Positions 25,029-39,217 of a stretch of DNA of 64,000 nucleotides are shown here, piece after piece. The translations under genes were made by a program, and so were the position numbers. The DNA comes from Atractiella rhizophila (Eukaryota). The DNA lies in contig MU271212.1 in assembly GCA_021432655.1 (NCBI GenBank), positions 1 through 64,000 on the forward strand. The letters run 5' to 3'. Within the stretch, counting starts at the first letter, position 1; each line of letters begins with the position of its first letter. The notes beneath the pieces are model-generated. The model ran no database searches. It saw nothing but the letters and a program-made list of their open reading frames with translations, and was not told where the DNA came from.

Positions 25029-26288
25029 TTACTTCTTCCACGCTTCAACCCTTTGCTTCCCTTTCTTTCCCTTCCCTCTACTGAACTCTTTGAGCTTCAA
25101 TCCGCCAGTGCCACCTTGTTGATCCTCTAAATCATCGTCCTCCAAATCTTCACCATTCGCCGCTCGTTTCTCCTCTGCATCCTGAGATGATCCTTTGAGA
25201 TCAGCTAAAGGCTCTTCTTCTAACGTTGATGGTACTGAGGTTGTAGCATCAATAATAGGTTCCCCCAAAGGCACTGCCGTAGACTGCATGGAGGACTGGT
25301 CTTCATTCTTCTCCAGCTTTTCAAACAGGGTGGATTCCTCTTCTCCCTCGATCGGCACTGGCATGTTTCCAGAGTGTTCAATGTCAAGCGTGTGATCCTC
25401 ATCAGCCCTTTCCTTCTCGTGAAGGAAAGACGGCACTTCCTTCCCCTCGAACAGTTCGGGATAGACTAGTCTCAACACTTCGACCGCATGCTCCACCTCC
25501 TCAGCACCAGGCACTTCTTTCGTCTCCGCGTTGGTATCGCGCATTTCGGCTGGGAGAGAGGGCGGAGCGTCATCTGTCGCTTCACGGGGTTTCGAAGCTG
25601 GGAGGGGTCGTGCTGGCTTCAGTTGTTCCTCGGTGTCATCGTCGGGTTCTTTTTCCTCAGTTTGATCAGTGGACGCGAAATCCTCCTTATCCCCAGCTGC
25701 TTTCCAAATATCCCAAACCGCCTCGCCCTTCTCCACCTGAAGCTTTCTCTCTTTCTCCTTCTGCTCCTTCAACATTTGTTCATGCTTCTTCTTCTCCCTC
25801 TCCAACAATACCTTGCCCTTGTTGATCCAAAACTGCAAACTCTCCTCCTCACTCAATCCGTCCGGCTCCTTCACCTCTTCGAACTTGACGGGAAAAATGA
25901 CCTCCTCGTGGGTCACATACCGTTCTGGTTGACGGAAGGGATCCACGAACTTGTCGCCCCCCTTTTCTTCCGGGTCTTCATGTCGGAGGTGCAGCGGCGA
26001 AGGGTCGCTGTCCACTTGAATATGTTCGACCTGAGGGTCGGAGTCTAGCGATTGTTGTGGGTTATCAGTTTGAGCATTGAATATGAACTGGTCCGACAAG
26101 TCGTCGAGTGTTATGTACTCTTCTTCTTCTTCTTCCTCCTCGTACCGGCTAATAGGAATCTCGTCATCTTCCCATACCTCCGTACCGTCTGAGGCAACGC
26201 AGGAACCGAGATCGCCCTCTGCGGTGGAGGAGCACTTAAAATCTGTCAACAGTATTATGAGCTCGCAGTTCCTTTCTAGTTTCTGCAC
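25029..26288 (-). CDS. Acidic low-complexity hypothetical protein; 5' exons probably extend to ~26581
   Basis: 419-aa Glu/Asp/Lys-rich ORF with no recognisable domain. Confidence 0.7.
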   Translation of the reverse strand: MQKLERNCELIILLTDFKCSSTAEGDLGSCVASDGTEVWEDDEIPISRYEEEEEEEEYITLDDLSDQFIFNAQTDNPQQSLDSDPQVEHIQVDSDPSPLHLRHEDPEEKGGDKFVDPFRQPERYVTHEEVIFPVKFEEVKEPDGLSEEESLQFWINKGKVLLEREKKKHEQMLKEQKEKERKLQVEKGEAVWDIWKAAGDKEDFASTDQTEEKEPDDDTEEQLKPARPLPASKPREATDDAPPSLPAEMRDTNAETKEVPGAEEVEHAVEVLRLVYPELFEGKEVPSFLHEKERADEDHTLDIEHSGNMPVPIEGEEESTLFEKLEKNEDQSSMQSTAVPLGEPIIDATTSVPSTLEEEPLADLKGSSQDAEEKRAANGEDLEDDDLEDQQGGTGGLKLKEFSRGKGKKGKQRVEAWKK

Positions 26289-27348
26289 TAAAGCAACAAT
26301 AGCCGAGACACCAAGAGGCGATGGCGATTGTTATCAAACAGCGACAGAAATTCTCGAAGTTGCGCTTTCATACGCGACAGTACCATCTTCCGAAGTCTTA
26401 GAACTTTAGAAAGACTTTTCGTATTTTCTGCCTGTTAAAATACCGTCGGTACAGCTTAATCATCAATAAATCGGCTGCTTGTAGCCCTACAAATGATACC
26501 AACTGCCAGTTGAACATGCAAGGAGAAGGAGGGAGGAGAGACGAACGAGGGGTGAAGCATGCATAGTCCCAAAAAGGCATCACGTCCCTCCTCGTATACT
26601 TTCTCTTTGTGTTACACAGCGCCGAATGTCCGCCACAGATGCCGTTTCCGCACCACCCTATAGCAGGTCAGCACAGGGGTGCATAGCTAAGAGATGAGGA
26701 CGAACCGAAACATTCATCGTCAGACTGGCACTTTGCGCCGCTGTTTCAGCGTAACACTTTCAGTAGACGGTGTTAAGTTCGTGAAGGACAGCTTACTTGT
26801 CCATGCAGCTAGCCACGAGCACCAAAGATGAGAAAAGGAGATGGAAAGACAATAAACGTACAATCCGTTTGGCGCACAGAAACCGGTCACTCTCTCCGCT
26901 GGGGGCTGGCCGAAGGGTATGTATTCATATGAGCATGGTTCTCCTGGTGTTTTACATCTCGTCCCTGATCATTCAAATGATTAGTAATGGTTATGAGAGG
27001 GAGACAATGATACCTGGGGAATATTGAAATCCAAGTGTCTGAATATGTAGTAGTGATAGCAGAAGGAAGGTCAGCATAATGAGCGGTTGGTTTGGTATCA
27101 AAGGTATAACAGCCTTCAATGAAGGCTCTTGCACACGTAGAAATGGTAGACAGCAAGGCCGAGAAATAATGATGTTATAAGCACGTAATGTCGGCAGCTT
27201 CCTCTTGTGGAAGTTACTTTTGAAAGCGGAAATGACTTGTAGATTGCAAAGCAAGCTTGTACATGATCCCTCTTTCTTCGCTTTCTCCAACGCTCTGAGT
27301 CAATGGGAATTGGCCATTTACACGGTCACAGACTCAATTGGACACAGC

Positions 27349-29014
27349 ATGAATCAATCAGAGTATAAATCCAATGGACATTCCAAAGCAGCCGTTGAAG
27401 AGGCTGGAAAGGGAACAAGAGCTGCTGCTTTTGAAGTGCTCCTCGACCGTTGCATTGCCAAAATCTTGGAAAGCATCGATGAGGACGCGTCTTCTTCATC
27501 GAGTCCGTGCTTTCATTAATTCGAGCCAAATCACATTCTGAATCCAGAATGTATGTTGTTACAGCGGAACAGAAAGTGTACAGTCGTGCCGTCAATTTCC
27601 TCCTCCGTCAAATATCCACGTCGCTCTCCATCCCGATCAAGAACGATAGCCTCACGAAGCACACAACACAGCTCGCCGCGCTCTTCTCTCTGGCCGACTC
27701 AGAGATACTCTCGTACCCGTACAAAGATGTCCCCACCTACTGGAGACGCATCTACACCGACATATCCCTCCTCTCCGTCTTATGTCTCCTTCTCCAGCGA
27801 TCGAACGCGGATGTTCTAGAGGAGGATGTGGCGCTGGAAGCAGTACGGAAGTTAGATATGGCCCTCATAGTGTCCGGCGCACCGGGAAGGAGGGAGGAAG
27901 TGCTGGATCTCATCGCTCATGTTCAGTTCCTCTTCCCCCGTTCTTCCTCTGATGACCACGATTATACCGATAATGAACATGGAGCGGAACGCCCAACTAA
28001 ACGACCGCGTCTTGCATACCCTTCTCCGACCTCTCCTCCCGCTCCTCCTTCGTCCTCTTTTAAGCCCATTCCTCGCACAGACCCACCATCTCTTTCTCAC
28101 TTCCACTCTCCCCATCCTACACCGCTCATTCTCTCCTCCTACGTCGCCGACTGGCCTGCCGTGCAGTCTTGGGCATCAAAAGATTACCTCCTCAGGACGG
28201 CGGGACGAGGACGAGTGGTACCGGTGGAAATAGGCGGGGATTATACGCGAGACGGATGGGGACAGAAGATCATTCCCTGGGAAAATTTCCTGTCTTCCTG
28301 TCCTTCCCATAACTCCAAAAACGGAAAGGGAGAAGAAGAGAATGGGGAGATAATGTATCTTGCACAGCACGACCTCTTTTCCCAGTTCCCAGCCCTGTTG
28401 AACGACATCATTCTCCCTGATTACCTGTATTCTGCTCCTCCTGAAGGCGTGAACGAAGATCATCCGAGTTATAGGAGCCCAACAAACGAGGACGGATACG
28501 TGCTGAATTGTTGGATTGGTGGAGGAGGGAACAAGAGTCCAGCACATACAGATCCTTGGTGGAACTGTTACGGTTTGTCTCTCGCTCTAGCAACAGCTTC
28601 CCACTTAATACTCGTTCCCGTCCAGCTCAAGTGGTGGGAAAGAAAAAGGTGTGGATCGCTCCTCCAACTCTGAAAGAAGAAATGTACCCCTTCACCTCTG
28701 CGGTGCCATCCAATCCCAGCCACAGCGGCGACAACGACGTATCGGAAGAAGAAGAGGCCGCCGCCGCCTCGCACGCCCACTACCTCACAAACACCTCGCA
28801 ACTCGATATCTTCTCCCTTTCCTTGCCGCCCTCCCATTCGGAAGAAAGTGAACGTGAAGGTAAACACACCAGCTTCCCACTCTTCTTTGAAAAGGTCATC
28901 CCGCTGGCGATGGAGGCCGTACTAGAGCCTGGAGACTTGTTGATCCTCCCGCCAGGGTGGTGGCATGCTATGAGATGCGAAGGGTGGGGAGCGAGCGTCA
29001 GTATGTGGTTTTAG
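27349..29014 (+). CDS. JmjC (cupin_8) protein, JMJD5/KDM8-like 2-oxoglutarate oxygenase
   Basis: VVPVEIGGDYT..WGQKIIPW, YLAQHDLFSQFPALLNDI, SPAHTDP (HxD), LEPGDLLILPPGWWHAMR (distal His), SVSMWF. Start at 27349 is inferred through a probable intron. Confidence 0.9.
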
Positions 29015-29326
29015 GTTGTACGTCCTACGCGTCGCCTTGCGATGCGAAATTGTCGCGATTTTTTTGAAAGAAAGACGCCTATGGTTTACGGTGTTTTGGA
29101 GCAAGTGTATTCACTCCTGGTCAACTTGTGGGTGCCAATATGGATAAAGAAGGCTTCAATGCTAATATGTAATGCAAGGTGTATAAATCTTGAACAGAAC
29201 TATAACCCCGATGTTATCTGGGCGCGCTAGCTGAAGTAGACCACCTTTCGACGTTCGACTTCTAGATCAATCCAGTATTTAATTAATGTCCTGTATTCAG
29301 TCATAGGCTTATTCACTTCGCAAGCA

Positions 29327-32064
29327 TCAGGCAGCAGCCATCGCCATCCGTTGTCCCTTGACGCTGTTCCATGGGAGGAGCACAGCGACGGCGGCCATAC
29401 AGACGGAGAGCGCGATTGGAGGGATAAACGCCTTGTTTAATGCATCCCTGCACAAACGCGACATCAGTGTCTCATGTCAGTATTATGACAACTAGGAAGG
29501 AATCCTACATAGCAGCCTGAACCACTGTAGGTAGGAGGTCCGGAGAAACGAATTGACGGAAGGCAGAGAGACCGTTTTGAATGATGGGAGCTACTTCTGA
29601 GGGAGGGACGGCGGCGATGAGATTATTGAGGAGATAGTTTTGGTAGATTGATTGACCTGCGAGATTATCTTTAGGTCCGTTCTTACAAACTTGTTTTTGA
29701 CAGTAGCTCACAGATGGAGTTGAAGAAACATCCTCCAAGAGTCTGGAAGAACACGGTGATCGCTGTAACGACTTCGACATCCGCAGTACCTATCCAAGTG
29801 AATTCCAGTCCAATTATTTTTAGACGGAAAGAATAAGCGAAAGGAATACCAGAGTAATAACTCTGCACCACGTTGATCGGCACCATGAAGGACATCCCGA
29901 TTCCCAGTCCAGTGACAACTTGGTAGGCGATCCATTTATCGGAGTCTAAACCAACTACTTTCAGGGGCAAGCATGTCTTACAACTGAGAGACTTGCCTGT
30001 TCCTACTTTCCAGGTATAGATCAACCCAGTGCCAACGGAGGCAAGTACAGAGCCAGTAATGAGGAAAGGATTTGAAAAACCTTAATAACCAGGATCAAAT
30101 GGGACCGAATTGCCAGTCCCTTTTCGGAAAGCTCACCAATGATGGGCACAAAGCCTCCTGCAGCCGTGACTGCGAGGACGCCAGATACGATGAAAGGCAA
30201 AGCTTGAATCCCGCTATGAATGGCGCTAAAGACCAACTCACGCCGTTAGTACTCAGGTGGAATGAAATAGAAGGCAACGGATTTACCTACTACCCTTGAT
30301 CGTTTGGAAGTATATTGGGATCTATAGAAAGTATCCAATGTTACTGCACTGTCGGGACGAAAAGCATTGGGAGACGCACGAAGTATGCGAGGGTGAAGTA
30401 GGTAGATCCAATGCAGAAATTGGCCACCGAAGAAAGCCCAACCGGCCTCTGATTGGCTATTTGAGTAAGGAGGCAGGCAGGTTGAGGAAGGAGAGACGGC
30501 GCACCGTCGCTAGCAGACGAAGAGGTAGGGTGGCATTGTCTCCCATGTACCACTGAACTATGAGAAAAGCAATCCCGATGACTCCAAACCCTGCAAATTT
30601 ACTCATTGAGCACATAGGTAACATAGGGTGAGCAGAGATGAAAAGCTTGCCTACGAACAACCCGATGATTTTGGAAGCAGACCAGGGGTCCTGAATGCCT
30701 CCCCATTGGAGGGCGAGGAGGAAACAAGTGATGCAAGCGAGTATGAGGCCAGTACCAACCCTGTTAAATATTGATAAATCTACTTTAGCTACTCTCCTCG
30801 CATGGGAGTTTAACCTACCAGTCAATTTTCAGCATTTTCTCTCTGAACGTTAAAGTGTTCCTCCTCTCTGGAGGGCTAAAGAGCAGTACGATTGCAAAAA
30901 TGGTTGGAATTCCGATGGGCAAACTAAACAGTGATGAGGAAAGAAAGAACACAGGGGAACAGGCGACTCACTTGATATAAAAGCACCTAAGTTCACATCG
31001 TCAGCTAATTCAGAGACGGGTTGTGATGACTAACCAACGCCAGGTTACGGAGGAAGTGAAGACCCCTGAACACGAAAAGCAGTTCAGCAACTCCGTTGCA
31101 CATTACCATTAGATGAAGCACCAACCTCCCAACAATGGGCCTGCAATACTATCACAGGTGGTCAGCTTTTCCTTTCTACCAAGGAAGAAAAAAGCTACCC
31201 TCCAGCTCCGTATGATGCCCCTATCAGACCTGTATATGTTGCCTGCTTCGAAACAGGAACTGTGGCGGCTAGAATGGTCAAACAACCGATGTATCCTCCT
31301 GCAACACCGACACCAGCTGCAGAATCATCACCGTCATCAAATGGTCATCAACACCTTCTTGATCCGTGGAGGAATAAAGACACACCAATGGCCCTTCCCA
31401 CGATGAATGTCTTCGAATCGTTCGAAACCGCACAAATTAAAGAACCAACTTCAAAAATTATGATCGCACTGTGTAACGTACTTAGCTATGCAATGCAACA
31501 CGAAAAGCGACCTACCTCAAGAAGACCCATTTGAGAGAGAAGAAGGAGTATAGGCGACCGTAAAATGGCTGAAGGGAAGTAGACGTCACTGAACCATCAG
31601 TTATCAAACAGTAAAATACCTGGAAACAGGATACAAACTGAAGTAGGCGGAGATCCACCATCCTACATCTGATATAGTCTTGAACTCATTTGAAATGATG
31701 GGAATTGCAGGTGCCTAACAAACATTCGTTTTGGTTTATAGAAAGGGCTGAGTAGCTCTCACAATGATTGTTTGATCAAGGGCAGTAAGGAATGTAAAAG
31801 CTGCCAGCCCGATGAAAGTGATGAGAAACTTCAAGTTCGATAACGACTCAGTTAGCAATTCGACGATAATGAGCGTTTTTAACACACCTTGCTGTTGACT
31901 TTGAAATCTTCATCCTGCACTCTTGCCAAAGCCTCCCACTCTGCCTTCTTCTCCAGCTGATTTTGGTCATGACCATCTGAACCAACGATCGTTTCTTCCC
32001 TTTCAAGATTCTTCTCATTGGCCTCTAGCGGGGAAGAGAGTGCGTTATGATCTTGACTGGTCAT
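29327..32064 (-). CDS. MFS drug:H+ antiporter (DHA2, 14-TM type), many exons
   Basis: Exons read CFLLALQWGG..PWSASKIIGLFVG, QWYMGDNATLPLRLL, WIAYQVVTGLGIG, TVFFQTLGG; C-terminus WNSVKGQRMAMAAA*. Confidence 0.88.
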
Positions 32065-34116
32065 TTGTCTGCCTGCTGTCGGTACGCTATCAAAGGATTG
32101 AAGACTTAGCAAGTAGTCAAGAAGCTTACATTCATGTAGCGTCCACTACTTATACGGCTGCATCCTGCAATTTTCAATACGTATTGTGAGGCCACGGGAA
32201 GCTGAGCGGCTGGCGCGGATGGGCAATGTCGCGGAGTTGGGATCCGCGGTATCTCAGCGCTCTCAGCAATGGAAGGCTCGCTGCAGCAGCAGGGCATGCT
32301 GGCGTAACGGTTTCCCCGAACAACCACCTCTCCAGTGTAGAGCCCGAATTAAAATCTCCTAAGACACAATTTTAATGACAGTATACGGATCGCGCGAGCC
32401 TCCGCCCTTGCCGTTGCCTCAAAAGGTCTAAGCAATAATAGAACGTGTTAGACACGACGCGGAGGGAGACAACGGGGACGGGCAACGGGCATCGTGCAAA
32501 TTGCAACCCCATGAGCGACCGAATCTCAAATGGTCACCTGCATGGTAGTCAAGGTACAGGAGCATCCGCAACCCACAAATGAACACTTGATTAACGCGTA
32601 AATCAAGGAGAGAAACGTCATACACGTCATGCAGTCATGGTTGATCACAAACTGAGATGAATCGCAGACACGTTTGGACGCGAGAATCTCGACTCCTTTC
32701 CCTGTGAACAGTCCAGACCAGTTTTTTGAGACCACTGGTTTTTGACACTGGCAATTTACCTGGGCAAGGCTGGTAAAAACGACCAAAAACCTGGTGAGGA
32801 AGCGGGAACGTCGCGTCCGGTTTTTTACTGGTGAGTGTATAAGTTTTTTCGCTATTTTTTTACATGGGAAGCCGGTATCAAAGACACTCGCATTTCTGCT
32901 GGCAAAACCAACCAGCAGCACTGCAACCGCAGAGATTTCAGAGATGGGAGGGGCCTTAAGTCGTCAGAGTGCTTGACGGAGGCGACTGAACGCACTTCAC
33001 TGAGTAGTTCTTCCTTGGAGCAGAGTACCAGGCTAACTGGTGTTCTAGCAGGCTTCTTCGAAACAACCCAAGGAAACCTGATCAGTTTCGATCAGCCATC
33101 GCGTGGCGATGACCTGAAGAAGCGAGGAGTACTCAGGAGAACTATCCAAGTTGGTTGGACAAGAAGGATTGAGGGTGGTTCGCAGAGAATGGAGCTAGGC
33201 TGGTTGCGTGCACAATCAACATGATCGACTATCCAGGTGTGTCCTCTCTTCCTCCATTTCAACCAGATTTAGGACTTACATCCCAAATTACGTGGGAGCA
33301 CCTTTTTCATTTCACAAATCCTTTCAACATCTCAACACCTTACACTGCATCCATCATCCATTCATGCCCCCTTTCGCTTCCTTCTCCACCTTTTTCTCCC
33401 TAGAGACTTTTGTTAGAATCGTTCCCGAATTCGTTGGGTATAGCGCAATCCGAGGAAATAATCTGTCTACTCGCCTTATTGTTTTCCACAACTTATCGTC
33501 CTCGTTGATCCCAATTCGACATCGACGGTGCCTTGTTCCATGGCCACAATTCACACTTTGAAGGTTAGACAATAGTTTGGATGGAAAACAAAGTACCAGA
33601 GTACTATGGGATGGTTGTAGGAGTACTCGGAAAGGTCTCACTTGAGACTTGGTTGCCTAGGTCAGTATCCCGTCTCTCCAGTTCTCCTAAGCTGTATCTC
33701 ACCACGAGCATGACATAGCATCTCTAGCCTAATAACCTTGTGAGCATGGAGCAGCGGACCAAGCAGAATAGGAACAAGATTGGTAAGGAGATCGAGTGAG
33801 CACGGCCACTGCCGACATCGCTTGAGTGCTGAAATGGGTATTCAGGCGCTTGAACTGCATCTGCCCCTCGTTCTTTCCTGTCGCTCACTCCTTCGCACCG
33901 GCCCCTTCTCTTCCCTTTCGCACCGTAATCATTCCTCTCTCATGCCACATTCAGCATACTCTCTTCATCGATCTAGGCATGGAAATTTGGTACAAAGAGA
34001 AGTTGTGGAAATGGAATCAAGGCGGATATGTTGGCAGATGTATGCAAAAGGAGTATTTGATAGTTAATCTATTCATTGCTTCAGCACACAATAAAAACAT
34101 GAACCATCTGAGCAGC

Positions 34117-37100
34117 TCAGTCATCAACTGGCTCCCAATCTGCAAGCAGGGTCATATGCTTCCAAGCAATGCCGTATCTCTGCTGCCCAACAGTCTGCCG
34201 TGTATCCTCCCAATCTTCATCGAACTGGCTGCTCTCTTCTTCCATATCATCTTCTTCTCCTTCGAACTCAGAGCTTGCTTCTAACAGCTGCTTATTGATA
34301 GGAAAGATAGAAACAAGACCTTTAATTGTATCGATGTCAATGAAGCGAGTATGCCTAGGCGTCTCGTCGGAAAAGCGGCAGGAAAGGTCACCTCGCTCAA
34401 CCTCTCCTTTCAGATCATCTGCAACTGTAACATATGCGAGCTGGAAGAAGTCGTCCTTGAACCGACAAGTGAGGTAGAATTGCACGACCCCAAAATGTGT
34501 TTGCAGTTCACCACTTTCCCTGTCCCGATTAGTGAACTGATTGATTTCACGATATCAGAACCAGTTGTGCAAAGATAACAGCCACTCACTGCAATACAAG
34601 TTGCACTTCTAGTGAGCTCCTTTCGCTTCCATCCAGACTCCACCCACATTGAGCGAATGGTTTGTTCATTTCCCATCAACTTGAGGTTTCCCCATCTGAC
34701 AATCTCCCTCAGTTTGCCGAATGATACTTCGGTTTCCTCGAAAGATGACTTAGTTGAGTCGACTGACATGCTAGAGCAAGTGCTGTCTTCGGTGTCGCTA
34801 CATGAAGATACATTTGAGCCGAGGTCTTCGTCAACAAGACCAACAAAATCTTGCTGGTTGTATTGCCAGTAAATGAACCGGACTAGAGCTTCTCGAACTG
34901 AGTTGTCCAAAGATGGGCTTGGTTCTCTCTTGACGGTCAAAAAGCGAGAGTCATCGAAATTGCTCTTCTCAAAGGCAACACGAGACGCGATGGCTCTCTT
35001 CGGAATAGGACAAAGCCAGCTGACGATGTTTACTCGTTCCCGATGAAGCATGAGACGTGCTAAATTAGCTGTATACTGAGTGACATTTTGAAGAGATTGA
35101 ACCATTTGACCAATCAAGCGTTCCATCGGATACTGCCAATACACCCAGACAGGACCCATTTGCAAAATACAGTCGTAGACATGCAAGAGGCGATGGAGAG
35201 CCATGCGACACATCTTGATGCGCTTGATCTTCCGCTGATAATATAGTTGCATGAACTCATCATGAAACTCTTCAAAGAGGTGCTTCATCTCTAGCAACTT
35301 CTCGCGAGTAATCTGTCTCTGGCAAGCAATTGTCACGGCTTTGACAAACTTAAGCCAGTGATCCAGATATTTCGGGGGCAAAAAATAAGGCAAAAATTGG
35401 CGAGACCAGATAAAGCACCATTGCGCCCAATCCTTATTCTTGTAGGAAGTCCAAGAAGTATGAATATTGCGTGGACGTTCCCCAAATGCTGCTGGCCAAA
35501 AGCGAGAGGCATTCTCTATTAATGTCCCTATCCAGAAACTGTCAGATTCATATATTATAACGAGAGATGAACACCTACCAATCTTCTCCCAGCTTTCGTC
35601 AGGGATAACAAAGTCTTCAGTACCGTTCAAACCCATCTGGTCGTCACCACGCCAAATCTTGAACATAAAAAGCGTGACGAGTTGAAAAAACAGGTGCATG
35701 GCATCGATTGGAAAGAAATAAGGCCAGGTAAAAGTATCAAAACTTGCAAAAGGAGTTTTTCGCACAATTCCAAACTTGGTAGTAAGCTTTGTCGTCTCCT
35801 CTTGAGATTTTGCGAGTAACAGTTGTGTCATTTCTCGCCCGTAGGTATCGTCTGTACGCAAAGGAGGTGGTGAATCTCGTGAATACTGCTGTCGACGAAT
35901 CTTTTTCTTCCTTCGCCTCGTTGTCCCAAGTTCAAAGTCGTCGATAGGATTTTCAAAAGCGTAGTAGTAACCACTCTTTCCGGCGTAATAACCAATAAGG
36001 TAGCAAAAGCTACAACCACACCTGCCTCGTGGTCCCACTGTACAAGCGAATTTTGAGCTTCCCTGCATATCAGCAGCTCCTAAGAGAAGGTATACATGAC
36101 AGATAAACCATTCTCTCTCCTTCTCGTCCCAGACACGAACACCTTCCTTCTCAAGCTTCCTTAATTCTTCTAATGGCTCTTGAAGAAAAGTAAAGATATC
36201 CTTGGGGTTGTTCGGCCCGGGAATGATAGAGACAAGAATCATATTGTGCTTCTTAACTCGCTCTTCAGGAGACAAGTTCAAATTCAACAACATGACAAGC
36301 CAAGCATCAGAATGCTTGTCACGAAAGATCTGAGCTCCATCAGACGAGAAAAGCAAGGCAACATCTCGATCATCTGTAAAAAACCTTTCGAGTAGCCTCT
36401 TGTAATTTTCGGAATCAATGTAGTCCTCGATAGGTTTATCGGCATTTGATCGCATTGCTGCAGTTGCCCTCGCACGATACAGCATGGCTTCTGTGCGAAA
36501 CGTAGCACGGTACATTGCTTGAATTCGAGGAGCAACAGGAAGCCAAATAAAGGTCTTCCGAGGAATTTTCTTTCTATTCGCTAAATGTCGTTCATCATAT
36601 CTTGTTTCACCACAATGAGGACAACTGAGAGTATCCTTATATCGGCCGGTATAAGCTACACACGAGTTGATGCAGCAATGACGCTCATTCCCATCAAGAC
36701 CAGTGAGTTTCTTCGCCATGTTCTCGCTGCGATATCGAGAGCGCAAATCGTCATAAAGATTGAAATGCCGTAAAAGGTGAAGTAATTCATCGAAAGCAAC
36801 TTGCGTGACTCCATGGTTTAATTGATATAGACAAAGATTAAAAAACTCGTCTTCCTCTAGCTCAACAGCAGGCGGTGGTGGTAGCTGATCGTGAGAATGT
36901 GGCTCATCGAGGACGCTCTCAAACCCTGGATTGTCCCATTCGAAAGCTTCCCCTTGATGGGTTAAATCAAAGTCATCCATTTCCAGCATGTCGTCCTTGT
37001 TCAAACTATCTGAGGACAAGAATCCCTCGCTCGTATCATCGTCCTCGTTGTCAGAAATGCTTGGAAGGTTCGGTGAAGCAGGTTGAGGCTGAAGAGACAC

Positions 37101-37551
37101 AGATGAGAAGGAAGCAGGAGATCTTGAAAGTCTCATTTGGGAAGGAGGAGGATCGGCAGAGCTGGGAGCCTCGAATTCACTTTCTGTACTTTCTTTCTCT
37201 TTGCTTACAGAAGATGGAGACTTATCTGGCCCATCTGTTAACATTGTTACACCAAGAAATCAGGTAGATATATGGCATACAAGTTTCATCAGTCTGTGGC
37301 CTCAATTCGACAAAATTAGACCCATGATCACTGTGGCTTGCAGTTGATAACTGACTTCTTTGGGAGGATATTGTCTGGAGACGGAGCTGAGTTGGATCGG
37401 TGCTATGGAAAGCTAACCATTCCAACTCTTTGCCACGCTGTTGGTAGCTCTTGAAACATCGGCCATAAGTTGACTTATCGACAAATGGTAAGTTTTTGTG
37501 CTTGGGGCAGCCACAACGCTTCTTCCCTGTTGGGATTGGATTGCTCGACAT
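34117..37551 (-). CDS. Tnp2/Transposase_21-family (EnSpm-like) transposase, spliced
   Basis: 944-aa ORF plus flanking exons (37222-37551, 34117-34485). Motifs CCINSCVAYTG..CPHCGETRY, FSSDGAQIF, IPGPNNPKD, ADMQG..GRCGCSFC, FPIDAMH, YWQYPMER. Intron ~37235-37280 (GTATGC...AACAG). Confidence 0.88.
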
Positions 37552-37746
37552 CAGTGCACCACTATCAGTCGCAAAGATAGAATATTGATCGATCGACGAT
37601 GGGTAGTTTGGCTGGATTTGTTCTTACGGCATAGATTTACTCAAGCGAGCCACAACTGAAAACTTTCTGGAGCTTTCTTGCAAGTCCATAAAAGAGGCTG
37701 CATGGTGACCTCATTTCTGCAGCTCCTTCAACAGTGAACGGTGAAC

Positions 37747-39217
37747 ATGGATATCATGGATTTTTCCATTTTAAGCCCCTCCAGCACCACAACTCCTCAA
37801 TATGCGACTCCTCATCTTTCAACTTCAATTCCAGTCCAGACCATTGCAGGTCTTTCGCATGAACAACTGGTCTTCAACTCTCTTTATGTTCAATATTGGA
37901 AAGACTCGATAAACTCTCAAGTCGTCATGTCAGCAAACCAATCTGTTATCGAGCTCCTGAATGACAAGATCAAGACTCTTGAAGAAAAGGTCAAAACCAT
38001 GCAGTTTCCTGCAAACATCTCGAACCCAATAGCACATCCACATTCCCTTGCGACGGCTACTCCTCTTGCTGCTGCCAATCCTCCACCAGCATATCAGAGA
38101 GCAAACTATCCCAACATTCGCTATTGGACGAAAGGCGAGATCGACACAGCAATTCAAGGAAAAACTTCGATTCGCAAGCAACTCCAACTAGGAAATGGTG
38201 AATTTATTCACCAGTTACCAATAATGAAGATTGTGAAGAATTTGGTCGATGAAACCATTCTTGAGATGAAGAAGACGGTGAATGGGCAGACCGTACGATG
38301 GACTAAGTTCTCTCAAGAAATCCGAGAGTGGGGAGTGCGAAACCTCATGGCTGGACACGAAGTCTTTCGTCTTTGTGACGGGGATGAGAAGGCAAGAAGA
38401 TACCTCATTGCCGTTCTTGAACATGCTGCAGGCAACAATACCGATGCGAAAGTGGCAGCTAGAGAGCAGAAGAGGAGAGAAAAGGTCTACTTTGTCCTTC
38501 TGATCTTAAAAACACAGCAAGTTGATTGAATCTTTAACAGTACACAACGATGGATGATGACGAGGACAAGGCTGAGGATGTCGTCACCTCCACAGGTTTG
38601 TTTTGTGTTGTCTTACAACATGTTCATTTGCTGATGGTACAAGCAGTTCCCCAAACAATCAAGATCACAGTACCTCAGAACCATCGTCGTCCTCCCTCAG
38701 AACCATCGCGGCTACCACTTGAGGTGGCAGTCAGAGACGGGTGTGTAGAGTAGCTTTCTCCTCATAATCTTTAATGATCAGTTGCAATAGGAACGATGTG
38801 ATAGCAGCAGAAGGTCAGAACACTCCAGCAGGTGGTCAGAGTGAACCGACTCGAGAGTCTCAACCTTCAACCAGGACGATGCAGGCTCTCGTAGCAGCGA
38901 TGATTGGTTCAGGGATTGACGAAACCACCACGACCAGCGCAAGCAGTAACAACACAGCAAGCGCGATAGCTAGCGCCAACGAAGACAACTTAGCAACAAA
39001 TAGTAACACTGACGATGGCACCATGGTTTCGTATGCCGCCACTTCTCATCTCACTGGCACACGTGTGGACAATACAACTTCTAGTACGATCAAGGTTGGA
39101 GAGACCGGAGTTGCAAGCAGAACCAGAAAGAGAAAGGGAAGAGAACAGGAGGGGGATATAGAAGAAGGCGTTAATAACAAGAAGAAGAAGAAAGGCGCAA
39201 AGAAATCGAAAGCCTAA
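37747..39217 (+). CDS. Transposon partner protein of unknown function, spliced
   Basis: ORFs 37741-38529, 38550-38753 and 38774-39217 linked by probable introns. Short coiled coil, YPNIRYWT...FRLCDGDEKA core, Ser/Thr-rich linker, C-terminal basic NLS-like clusters (RTRKRK, KKKKKGAKKSK). Confidence 0.7.

Noticed and set aside
22837..32064. Secondary-metabolite cluster (OMT + oxygenase + MFS)
   Set aside because: No PKS, NRPS or terpene synthase in the window, and the JmjC protein looks like housekeeping JMJD5.
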